Source: Takakia lepidozioides (lineage: Eukaryota; Plantae; Bryophyta). Taken from it: 64,000 nucleotides of DNA. Under the pieces are notes generated by a model. That model did not search any database, was not told where the DNA came from, and saw only the letters and a program-made list of their open reading frames with translations. Of this stretch, positions 1-10,516 are shown one piece after another. The position numbers and the translations under genes are program-made. The stretch's first letter is position 1, and each line of letters opens with the position of its first letter. Location of the stretch: contig CM060733.1 in the NCBI GenBank assembly GCA_030704615.1, positions 54,932,001 to 54,996,000 of the forward strand, given 5' to 3'.

Positions 1-405
1 GGCGTTGTCGTTCAAGTTTCTCAAAACAACTTCATCGAATGGTGTGTCTTGTTTTGGCAGGTCGAGGTACCACCCACAGTCTCTGAAGTGCGCCCTGCTC
101 CAGTCTCTGGCAATACCAGCCGTGTACATTGTCTTGTCATTGGAGGGGTCAGCCCATGAGTAGATGAAGTCTGGGTCATCGCTAAGGTACTTTTCCGGTA
201 TGAGGACATGATACATGTACCTGAATCACACACACAAAATCTAGGCAGTCATTCGATCTGAAAATGAAACAGATCACACATCAGGAAAAAGATATTGAAA
301 TGCAGGAAAGCAACACGCAGAAATCACCTTTGCAGTCCCGAATCGTTGAATCGAGCAGAAATGGGAAACACAAAATGCGGAGAACTGTTCTTTGACAAGG
401 GCAAT

Positions 406-946
406 TCAACATTGCTTCAACGCAAGGTTGTTTTCATTTACAGTGGAAATGGAAAACAGTGCTTGAAAACATCCTTTCGAATATCTACTGGTACGGATAT
501 TCAACATTGCGTTGGCGCAATGTTGATTTCCTCTGTTGAAACACATGTCCATGGTATCTGACAACCACAACTTTCCTACAATTGTATGGAAATCGGGGTA
601 TTGCTGCGGGACATTTCTAGCAATCCATACCACCAAACAACGTTGCGTCAACGCAAGTCTGTTTGATGGTACAGAATAGCTCTAAATAGCATTTCAAAAC
701 AGACTCCAAACAGACTTTATGTTCATCTTGGCAGCATTGAAACTGGAAATGACAGCAAATTATAGCCCAAAAACCCAGGTAAACCTACATAGCCTGGCCC
801 TTCATCAACCTTGCGTTAACGCAAGGCTGATTTTCCTGTCAGTTTTTCACCTTTCACATGGAGAAAAATGGCATTATGGGAGACCCCACCTATAGGAAAT
901 TGAAACCAAAACAACGGGATACAAGCTTGCGTTAACGCAATGTTGC
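406..946. repeat. Array of five 26-bp palindromes (consensus TCAACCTTGCGTYRACGCAAGGTTGA) in intron 221-985
   Basis: Copies start at 406, 501, 637, 805 and 921; spacers are largely dissimilar. Confidence 0.92.
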
Positions 947-2178
947 TCGATTGCACATCCAGAGCCCTCAAAGCTCCCTCATAACCTGCAAATTTGAGCT
1001 GCTATATAGAAAGTACAACACAAGAATGCAGAAACATGCCCTTCAAGTACCAAATTTGTTTCAAGGAGGTCACACCTGTACAACACTCGTTTCATTGCTT
1101 GCTCGTTGTTGTACTGGTTTTTGAATTCGTACGACCTGGAGATTTCTTTGTCTTTCTCAAACTCCCTGACGAAGCAGTTGTTCCAGACAGCGAGCTTCCA
1201 TCTCCTGATGTAGGCCTCCAGTGTGATCCGGGGGCAAGCCATCTGGATTTTGTAGTCTGCCATGGACTCCCCAAGTGGAGCGACTGCACGTTTTTCTAAC
1301 TGCAACAAGAAAGCTCATAAGAATTCGCGAGACATTACGGAGCAACACTACTTTCTGAAAATGGTTTTGTGGAAACCATACCTGGCTCCAGAATGTGGCT
1401 TGTGTAGCCACTGGTCGAATGTGTGGTCGCTAACAACTTTTATTGCTTGTGTCTTCGAGTCCCTCTCAGGAGTTGGGAACATGTTGGTGTCTCTCACAAG
1501 TGGATCCGAATTCCAGATCTCCAACCACCTGATTTTGGTTGCATTGTCCACCATTGAAATGGAAAGACGATGTAGTTTCTCTTGAGTCATTTCTGGCTTA
1601 GAGCCATACTTGTCATAATGTGCTTTCACCTGCTCCAGAAATTCCGTGCCAAGACTTGGATCTGCTATCCGGATTTGTTTGTCGAATGCACTCATGAGGT
1701 TCTTCCTTTGATTGTTCATCTCGAATTTCATCATGTCCTCAAGCCCAGTTGCAGACCTTTGCTCTTCTGTGTGGGAATCATAGTACTCAGCTTTCGCCTT
1801 CAAACCAGTTTCTGCTATTTCTTGCTTGCATTCATAACAGGTAAAAGAATCAAACACTGGCGTTTCTTGACAAAATCTGCAGTAACAACAAGCAAACAGG
1901 TGTCAAGAAGCTTACAGTGTACATGTAGTCAAGAAAAGCCTCTCTTGTCAAGCTGTACCATGTGCTTGTCTTCTTCTCAGCACACCTCTTCATCTGCTGA
2001 GACTGAGCACATTCGTGAATGAATCCAATGGCATCAGCCCTATCTTCTGGATGCGGAATAGAGTGTGGCAGAGATTGGTCGTCACATGAGAGGTTTCATT
2101 GGACCTGGAAAAACCTTCAACTCATAAGTGGATTCCAAATTGTGGGAACTCGGAACAGACACAATGTTGGCAACTTAC

Positions 2179-2777
2179 TTGTTTATGTCGTGCATGGCTG
2201 TAAGGAGCTGCGTGACACGTCCTTTGTGGTCGAGAACCATGGAAACCACGCTCCAGTGCCATTCGATGTCGTCCGTGTGCATGCTTGAAATGTAATCCAT
2301 CCAGGCAAGTAGTCTGTGGTTCCCATCCCAGACAAAAAACATCTTTCCCATGAATGCTTTTGTGGAGGCCTTTTTGGACAGCTTAAACTCGAACTCCCTG
2401 TTTACATCCCGCCAGCATGCATCCCAACTTTGCTCAATGTCCTCCGTTACAAGACACTCCTCTCCTTTCGTGTTCATAGTGGATATGTAGAACACTGCAG
2501 ATCCCTTGACATAGCCGTGAACAAAGTCGTTCTTCAACTTCGTGATGTCATTCCTCAATGCTGGTCGAACAGCGGGCATGGAGATCATCCTGCAAAGCAG
2601 AATGACCAGGTTTCCGCCGGGAACCTCCATCGACAGAATCACCTTCGACGAGTTCACTTTTTGCCCACCCATAATCTCCTCGGCCTTGTCTTCATAGTGG
2701 CCCTCCAATGACTCTTCCTCAAAATCACCTTCTGACACTGCCGAATCTTCCCCGACGGATTTCCTTTTTCTTTTCCT
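2179..2777 (-). CDS. Exon encoding a ParB/Sulfiredoxin-like nucleotide-binding domain
   Basis: Within ORF 2175..2882. DGNHRLLA at 2304-2327 fits the GxxRxxA motif of the ParB fold. It is preceded by a hydrophobic strand (MFFVW) and by an N-terminal VRP..ITKL..DF..GY segment resembling the ParB N-terminus. Confidence 0.65.
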
Positions 2778-2824
2778 CTGCAAAGAATGAATATCCTGTG
2801 AGTGACAGATTGAGCTCCCATGGA

Positions 2825-3350
2825 TCAACCTTGCGTTGACGCAAGGTTGAATGATGGGGATGTAGCTTAGTCTGAAAGGCATCCTGGAATTTCTTTTGAA
2901 CCCAATATATGCTTTGCGTTGACGCAGGGTTCTTCTGGGAGCTTCAAATAATCAACTTTCCCTACCTTGCAGTTCATTGTACGAGAATTCGGCCTCTTGG
3001 AGTGAACAAAAGAGGCATCAAAATCAGCCTCGCGTCAATGCAAGGTTGATTCGAGTGCTGCATCTGCTTCGATTCACCTAAACCCTAAACATACACTCTG
3101 GAGGTCGGCATCAACCTTGCGTTGACGCAAGGTTGATTAGGAGCTCTCGATTTGGTGTTCAACAAACAAAATATCTATTGGAAAAGTAGATTGCATTCTC
3201 TGCTTTCATCTTAGCAATTGATGATGCATCGGAAGCATTCATCTTCCCCAGCTCTGCATAGCTTGTTTGTAGTGCACTGCTGCACTATTTTCATGCCCAC
3301 ATCATTATACTTAGGAGGTCGAAATCAACCTTGCGTCAATGCAAGGTTGA
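2825..3350. repeat. Second array of five copies of the same 26-bp palindrome in intron 2778-3416
   Basis: Copies start at 2825, 2908, 3024, 3111 and 3325. The copies at 2825 and 3111 are both TCAACCTTGCGTTGACGCAAGGTTGA. Confidence 0.92.
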
Positions 3351-4459
3351 AGTCGACCTCTATGTTTAGCATGAAAAAGACAAAAACAGAAAAGGCAAAA
3401 GACAGTTCATAGCCACCTCCGGTTTCTTCTTTGCACTTGATGATGCTGCTGAGGCATTCAACTTTTCCATGTGGTCTGGAGGTAGCATGCTTCCGAGGAG
3501 GTCCCGGTGGTGCAAAACAAGGGCGGATGACAGAGTTTCCGCGTCCATCTCTCCTCCCTGCTCTTTCGAGACCTGGTTCTCCACTCGCAGTGCTTCCTCC
3601 CGAGCCCAGCTCACTTCCCTCCAGCTCCACTTCATCGTCCCTCCTCCCCCCTTCTATTGGAGGTTGCTCTTCGGTCGCCTCCGGGATCACTTCAAGACCT
3701 TCATCTCCAAACTGTGGTTGCAAAATCCTGTTTTGCCCTTCGTTCTCATTTCCGCCGGAGGTTTCTTCACCCATTCTAAGTTCCCGTCTCGCCTTCCTCA
3801 TCCTCTCCTTAGTGCGTGCCCTTTGCTTCTTTGATGTGAAATAAAGTGTTCTTTGACGCTTGCTTCTCCCTCAGAATGGGGTCACCGTCTCTGCAGAATC
3901 CAGGGTTGCAAGGACAATAAGGAAAAGAAGGAAAAAGAGGGCTAGGGGAGGGTCACCGCAAGGCCTTCAACGCCAAGATGATTGCTCGGAACAACCTGTT
4001 TGCCACATGCTCATTCCACATGCATGGCGAACACGTGCCAATCTAACCGTTATGAATATCTGCGGAAATCATTAGTTCATCTTCCATCCAAAATTCGTTC
4101 GGGTATAAACTCTTCTCATCCGAAAAAGTTCATTATTGGGTAATATCTTTTGGGATGTTTCAGAGGAATGTCAAGTATGTACAGTTGTACAGCAGTGCAG
4201 GTGCCGTTAAAATTGAATGGAAATGGGTATCTCTTCTGGACTCTCTGACATGACAGCCAAATGGCGGCTCTGTCAGTCAACCTCTCAACCAATGCACTGT
4301 TGGGGCACCTGCGAAATAACAGTTGGATTCTTTCATTAGGGCTGACATTATGCACTCCGCAGTTCGGCACTCTGTCACCATCCACTTGGTTTGCACGGGG
4401 ACACATTTCTTTGATGTGCCAACCCGCGTTAGGAGATCTGCAAGCAGGACCGATACCTG

Positions 4460-6930
4460 CAATTGTGTGTGAGCACTTTCAATATTCAGAGGGTGGCATT
4501 CTTGCCGGAATCTCTTGATGGTAATACTATTTTCGAGCTGCCTCCTCCTGGTCGCGTGGGGGAATTTCCAGTCTCCTGGAAGGAATGGACAAAAAAGCAC
4601 GATGGGCACCCTTGGTGCCGCACAAAAACCTCCAATATTCACAACAACGACAACCTCATATTCAGGCGAACAGTCTGTATGGGCACCTGAAATGCGAGAA
4701 CATGAATGCAGACACTTCGCATTGTCAGTGTGCAAAACCAAAGCGAATGGATGGTTGTCAGTGAGAATCCATTCAAGCCTAGGGTGACACCACCATACAG
4801 TAACACTTTTGTGTGCAATTCTGTAGGGTACCACCTTGCTGCCTTGCTTTGTGTGCGCCAGAATGTATTCTGTGGTGCATCGATTCAAAACCCTGACTAG
4901 AGCCTGTGTCCATTTCGGTTTTCACAACCACCCTGTGTCCAAAGGGATTATAGGGAGAGCGTTGACACAGTCTCACGTCTGATAAGGCAAGAGTTGGATA
5001 CCAATCCAACTGGAACCACATCTGCAATTGCCATGGGGGCGAGCAAGTCCTTTCTGGAAAGCCGTATTCTGTGTGCATCACTCAAATTCGGTTGGAGGAA
5101 TACTGGAGGGACCAGCTTTGGACATTGTTATGGACCATTTCTCAACTTTGACTTCTCCAAACATTAGGAATCAGGTGAATGCTTTAAGAATGGGCTCTGG
5201 GAGCCTAGTTATATGGACAATATTATGGATTTGAAGAAAAGGAGCATGTACGACTACATCCAAGATAGCGTTTTCCCTCCGGGACAAGAGCCAGGAAAGT
5301 GTTCTTGTTCAAAATGTCCACAAAAGGTGAGGGCAGCGGGGTCAGCCGGGTTTAAACGTATGCAAAGGGTGGCGATCTTGGCAACTGCTTCCTTATGTTC
5401 GATCACGTCAAGAGGGTTAAAGACTGGACCACAATGGCATGTCATGTTTACGACCCTGTGTATTAGCGGTCGTGACAATTAGCAAATTGTGTGACATGCA
5501 GTCAGAGGACACAGATTCACAGCAGCTCATGTGGGAAGCTCTCATTCGTGTTATGGCCTCCAATGGTCTCCCATCTCCCAATTTTGTTGGTTTTATGGCC
5601 GATAGTGCTCAAGCTAACTACAACGCTATTCGCATTGTGTTCGGGACGGGAGATCCAAAAGTGCCAATGCTTGGAAGAGAACGTACGTGTCTTTTCCATT
5701 GGACACAATCCCTGGACAAACACACAAAGACATACATCAAGCCAGATATGCAGAGTATGCATCGTCAACTGTGCAAACAGTACAAAGACGCCAAAACTAT
5801 GGGGGAAGCGAATACATTGTTCCAGACAATTCGTGCCTGGTGGTACTCATCTGGAGCGGCATCGAAGGACAGCATGAGGGCACTGGAAGACTAGTTCGCA
5901 TTTTGGCACTTCCGTTATCGACAGTGGGGAGTGGCCATGACAACGGTGAGTGGTTTGCATTCACCTTCGTTTGGGTGCTTCGGATATATCTTTTAGGGTC
6001 CAATCCTAATATCGACTTTGTGTTTTTTGCCTTGCAGCATATGTCCATTGAGGAGATGGCAGACATGCCTTCTTGCAATCTAGCGGAGACAGTGCACAAT
6101 ACGTGGTTGCAGCAATCTGGCAAAAAAGAAAGAGATTTGTATGCGGCGACGGCCGATGACCTTATTCGTGCTCTGCATTAGCAAACCAGATACAGGTCAT
6201 TCTTGAGGGGTGGCCTTGGTGGCAAAGGCCCGGACAGGAGCGAGTTGATGTTGCGGGTAGCTGGAAGATCAGGGGATCCCAGCAAAATAGCGTGGGCAAT
6301 GAGCATATGTGCAGATGGCACCCCTCTCGTGAGAAGAGTTCCCCATCTGGAAGGCGAAGAGAGATTCAGGTCTTGCAAACGGAAATTGGACACCCCTCCG
6401 GGATCGGATGCAGATTCCCATAGGGCGGACAGGGTCAACTTCTCGACGCCACGTGTTCCCTTGGATTAGAGATGGAATTGCGGAACATCCATAGGTGAGG
6501 GCTATTCTGCCCCAGACCGGACCCCTGCATCAAGCACTGTCACTGCAATGGTTGAAGACCAGAACGTGGTGCCGCATATAATCGAGTCCATGGGCTTGAC
6601 GCGGTTTGGCATATAGAACGCACAAGTGCTGGATCGCGTGTGGAAATGCGCGGCGATCAGGGCCACAGCAATCATGAAAATGTACATCAATTAATATCCA
6701 GAGGGAAAGAACGCACTGCAGCTCCTACATTCACGGGTTTGTTTCTCCCTTATGGACAAGGCGAGGCAAAGAACCACAAGTTTTGGTTTTGCGCTGACGA
6801 TTGTGGGAGATGTGTGCAGGGGACAGTGACGCCTTCCGTGGTGAGGAAGCCTATTCCACCAACCGTGTGGCCTGTGAAGATGGGCACAGGTCTCACTCAC
6901 CGAGAGATCGCAATGCTGGAAGCTCGGGGG
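4460..6930 (+). pseudogene. MULE-family DDE transposase with an N-terminal GCM/WRKY-GCM1-type Zn domain, disrupted
   Basis: Pieces in several frames: DGHPWCRTKTSN..FRRTVCMG(H)LKCEN and RACVHFGFHNHP (GCM-like); MFDHVKRV (D1); FMADSAQAN (D2); TCLFHW (CxxH); intron 5946-6037; SCNLAETVH (E). In-frame TAG stops at 5892 and 6179, plus several frameshifts. Confidence 0.8.
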
Positions 6931-6945
6931 CGATTGTGGCATAGC

Positions 6946-7017
6946 TTGCTAGGATTGTGTGCTTAGAATGTATGGTGGACAGCGATGTATGTTGTGGCAC
7001 GATGCTTAGGTGCACGA
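6946..7017. repeat. Dispersed repeat fragment, also at 26838-26906
   Basis: ctaggattgtgtgcttagaatgtatggtggacagcgatgtatgttgtggcacgatgcttaggtgcacga is nearly identical at both positions. Confidence 0.8.
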
Positions 7018-7169
7018 CAACTGTCATGGTTTAGTCATGGTTAACTAGAATTACCTACTTCTAGTTAACTAGGATATTTTGGATATTTATATAGCCATGG
7101 ATTGCAGGAAGATGACCAACGATGGGGCTACTTTTGCACCCGACCTCTTGATCTATCGACTATTTTGTG

Positions 7170-7551
7170 CGTTGGGACTTCATTTGGTCTCACATGCCAA
7201 GTGAGGTGTTAAACCTCACTTGGGACATGGGGATGGGTTTTCCCCTTGTGAGTTTTGAGGAGGGCTCATCTTCTTGTAGGTGAGCCTCCATGAGCCTCTC
7301 CCACCTCCGTAGCTCTAGGTATTGAGAGGGAGTGTGGTGAGGGCTTTGTAGGGTGGATTCCTTTAGCAAAGGTGCCCTTGGCTCTGGCACACTTCATGGG
7401 TCTGCTAGCAGACTTGGGAGGGGAAGTCAGCCCGCCACACCCGCATGCAGTGTCTTACCACCAAGTCCGTTTAGGGGTTAGTGTGAAGTCTGTTGGAGGG
7501 TCTCCACCACTCGGATGGTGTCCACCAACCGGCTTCGCAGCTTCTTCAAAC
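7170..7551. mobile_element. Solo-LTR-like repeat (~380 bp); partial second copy at 26642-26750
   Basis: The first ~110 bp match 26642-26750, which starts TGTTGG. Contains the hairpin CCAAGTGAGGT-gttaa-ACCTCACTTGG and has short inverted ends. No clear TSD. Confidence 0.55.
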
Positions 7552-8019
7552 GCGTGACGTGCACAAAGTCGATCTAGTCAGGTCCGCCCTTCGCGCATGC
7601 TTCCTCCATTGCCTATACAACATAACACAACAGAGAAAGGCAGAGGGCCCAACAAAAAGGGAGAAGTGCAAAGAATGGAGGAGTCCAGAAAGTGTGAGAA
7701 CCAGCGAGAACGAGCACTACATACGAGGACAGACAGAGAAGCGAGAACCAAAACTACAAGTACACAGCAGAAGACGAGGAATGCAACGGCCTACGGGAGC
7801 AACGGTCTTGGCGACTGTTGGGGTCTAAGATGACTCTCCAAATCTGCGCGCGGAAAGAAGTCTGCGCAAGGAAGACAGACGTTGACATAAACGCAGATCA
7901 CAACACCGGCGGGAAGGCGAAGTTGAAGTTCAAGCTGACCCGGGAGCGGAAATGCAGTACACCCACGGCACGACGTGGCGCACCATGATTGACGCCGCCA
8001 CCGCCGCCGTTGCATTTAC

Positions 8020-8690
8020 TAGGTCTACCCAGTGCACATCAGACCGAGTGAATAGCAGACATAGTCAAGTAGACTAGAATCAGCAGACCAATTTGAGCAG
8101 ACCAACACGTAATCCACTAAGTAAGTCCACCCGACTGCAACAGGCTGACAACGAAACAAACTATACAAAACAGACAGACTGGCAGGTCGACAGACTGGCA
8201 GGTCAACATGGTCATTGTTCCGTCGCCCTCTGTAACAAGCTGCAGGCAGACTAGACTGACGGTGCGACAGAGACAGTAGACTAGCTGAAAAGACTGGCAG
8301 GACAACAGACTGGCAGACGGAAGGGTGTAACGCCAAATTTTCGACGCGGCACCATGGTTTCACAGTTTCTCACAACAGACCAGCGTACACAGAAGCCGCA
8401 AGACCGTTGTCAGGACAGACTAACATTGCAACAGACTCGCGAACATATTCCAGGCCGATGTGAGGACACAGCCTCCCGAAGAGGCTCCGATTACCACACC
8501 AACGAAGCAAGACTAACGAAGCAACAGACATATGGGTATCCAGGCCGACAAGTATTGGCTGTCGAACCCAACTTTTTTACAGGGAGACCCATACTGTAGA
8601 TGTGAGATAGTTCACGAGTCTCAGGCTAACACAGCCCAACAGACACAAATGACAGACTGACGATAACTCTGCCCACGACACACATAACAG
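8020..8690. repeat. CAGAC-rich degenerate repeat, possibly an LTR-retrotransposon terminal region
   Basis: Many cagac and cagactggcagg units; purine run GGAAGGG immediately before TGTAAC at 8326. Confidence 0.35.
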
Positions 8691-9846
8691 TTCATAGCTG
8701 GATATGGAATCTGCAATGTTTTTACACGCCCTCATGTGCATATGCTTCGGCGATTTTCGCTATCATCTTGCCCATGGTTACCGTTCCAGACTGAGGAGGT
8801 GATCTGACGGACGGATGCGGGTACCTCAACATGAATAATTATAAAATTGAACGACACCATATCCCAAATGTAAACTAAGGTCGTTTTTAGGCAGGCTTGT
8901 AATCGGTCGGCCCATTGGAATAAACCCTAACAACACATTGGCCATTTTGCGATGACCGGACAGAGGCCAAACCAAGTCGGCAAAACGCATTACATGTACC
9001 ATGAAATCGCAAAAACGGCCCCGCCAACAACAAAAAAATGACAAAAATAGTGGAAGCATATGCACGATGGTGGCTGTAGGGCTCCGACTCCTCTCCTACC
9101 CTTCCACATCATGACAAAATGTCACGAAAACACAAAGACACGAACACCAGGCAACGACTACCGCCTGCATGCACCGCAGTTGCGTACAACAAAGAGCGAC
9201 ATCTTGATGGCAATGGCGAGATAATGCCCTAAATTGGAGGGCTGCGATGGGATTCGTCGTGGACGGCCCAGATCTTGCGGGCGGGCGGACACGAGGACAG
9301 GCGGACTAGAGGGAGCGGACCGGCCGCAGCGGACAGGCCGGTGGACGGAGCCCGGGAGGGGCAGCCGCGGCAGCAGCGGCGGGTGTGGGCAACCACGGGC
9401 GGGTTGGGGGGGGGGGGGGGGTCGTCCCGGACAGGGGGCGGTCCTTCTCGCACGCGTTCATGACCCTATTATTGTAAAATGAGAGGCCTGTTTGACAGGG
9501 CGGTCCTGTTTCCAAGATATAGAGTCGATTAACTTAGGATATCTGGTGTTGGACATATGTTGCAGCTGACCCCACCATCCAAAGACTAAGATGTTTGCTG
9601 TAGCCTTGTGGAGAGAGAGAGAGCGAGAGGTTGGCAAAGAGACAGGGTGGTGCGACATATGTTTGAACAGTGACCACATCCAGACCAAGCAACAGGCATA
9701 TGACAGTTTAGCACACGTCGGCTGATGTAACATTCCTTGCGCTACTAACTGTGACATTCATGACAGTATTTCCTTCACGGTGGGACTTGGCTTATACCAT
9801 TGTGACAACCTATCCTCAGGCATCGTCTTTCATGCATGTCAGTGTT

Positions 9847-9977
9847 TCACCAGTAATCCCCACAGGAACAAACCCCATTAAAAGTCGTGGAAGCGATTGG
9901 CATCGCGTACAACAACAGTTCGTCCAACTATCTTGGAGATAAACTTAGTGGCGGCATGGCAGTCACCACACACGCGA
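9847..9977 (-). pseudogene. C-terminal fragment of a DYW deaminase domain (PPR RNA-editing factor)
   Basis: Minus strand reads [32 protein letters not shown]-(frameshift)-NGVCSCGDYW*. No upstream PPR or E domains. Confidence 0.9.
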
Positions 9978-10516
9978 TGCCAATCGAGATAAAAGTTTCT
10001 TTGAAATCCGCAGTCATCTTCCCGCATTCAAACATCCCTGCAGGCAACTACTACCGACAGGTGTTTGCATAAAGTAGATCTACGGAGAAGGACGTGGTCA
10101 CCCCATCTGACCCTATCATCGTCAAGAGGGACCCAGGCTCGTGATGCTGTCCGTGAAAGAATTCGCACCCCCTTTCGAGCCCACGGGGAGGTATTACCCT
10201 CCAGCACGAAGTGGATTTGCGAGATCCCACTCACCATATCCGGGCCCACTCAGGGTGCTTTTGGAAGCTTTCGACAAATGCCTTTGGGACCCACACACGA
10301 GGTACCAACAAGTCATCTTCCACGCCACGACTTGGGGAAGACGACGCTCATGCAGGAACAGAATTGCACACTACAAAGGGAGCGAGCCTTGCGTACTCTC
10401 CCACCACCAAATTGTCTTGGAGCGCTCTTCCCTTCCCGCATGTTCTAGACTAGGGAGGCGGAGCTCCCAGTCCATTCATTGGCGGTGCTAGAAGAGGAGA
10501 GATTGTGTTACTTGCA

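Larger units (their letters stand above)
1..3801 (-). pseudogene. Multi-exon gene for a ParB/Srx-like domain protein (probable transposon accessory gene); 3' part lies outside the window; some frameshifts
   Basis: Approximate exons: 3801/3549-3417 (acidic or low complexity, ..KKKPE, donor GAG|GTGGCT), 2777-2179 (RKRKRK basic patch, ..VRPALRNDITKLKNDF..FFVWDGNHRLLAW..), 2104-1917 (KSNETSHV..WYSLTREAFLDYMYT, with a frameshift), ~1876-1350, 1299-986, and 220-1 (YMYHVLIPEKYLSDDPDF..FRDCGWYLDLPKQ, joined in phase across GT-AG intron 985-221). Some internal junctions do not stay in phase. Confidence 0.65.
1..6930. mobile_element. Mutator-like (MULE) DNA transposon with two divergent genes: GCM-type DDE transposase (+) and ParB-like accessory gene (-); runs off the left edge and appears truncated on the right
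   Basis: Head-to-head genes separated by a short gap (~3800 to ~4260-4460). The transposase has the D..D..CxxH..E signature. Coding similarity stops at ~6930, where sequence also found at 26838-26906 begins. No TIR or TSD is visible, so assigning both genes to one element is inference. Confidence 0.7.

Noticed and set aside
406-3350. CRISPR array reading of the 26-bp palindromes
   Set aside because: Spacers are long and irregular (57-188 bp), the repeats are degenerate, the context is eukaryotic introns, and there are no cas genes.
4277-4888. 203-aa minus-strand ORF
   Set aside because: Antisense shadow of the transposase coding region.
9229-9515. Gly/Arg/Pro-rich ORFs
   Set aside because: By-product of GC-rich low-complexity sequence.
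10440-10491. Helitron 3' end (hairpin plus CTAG) that would explain the DYW capture
   Set aside because: The hairpin is weak and too far from CTAG, the next base is not T, and no 5' TC end was identified.
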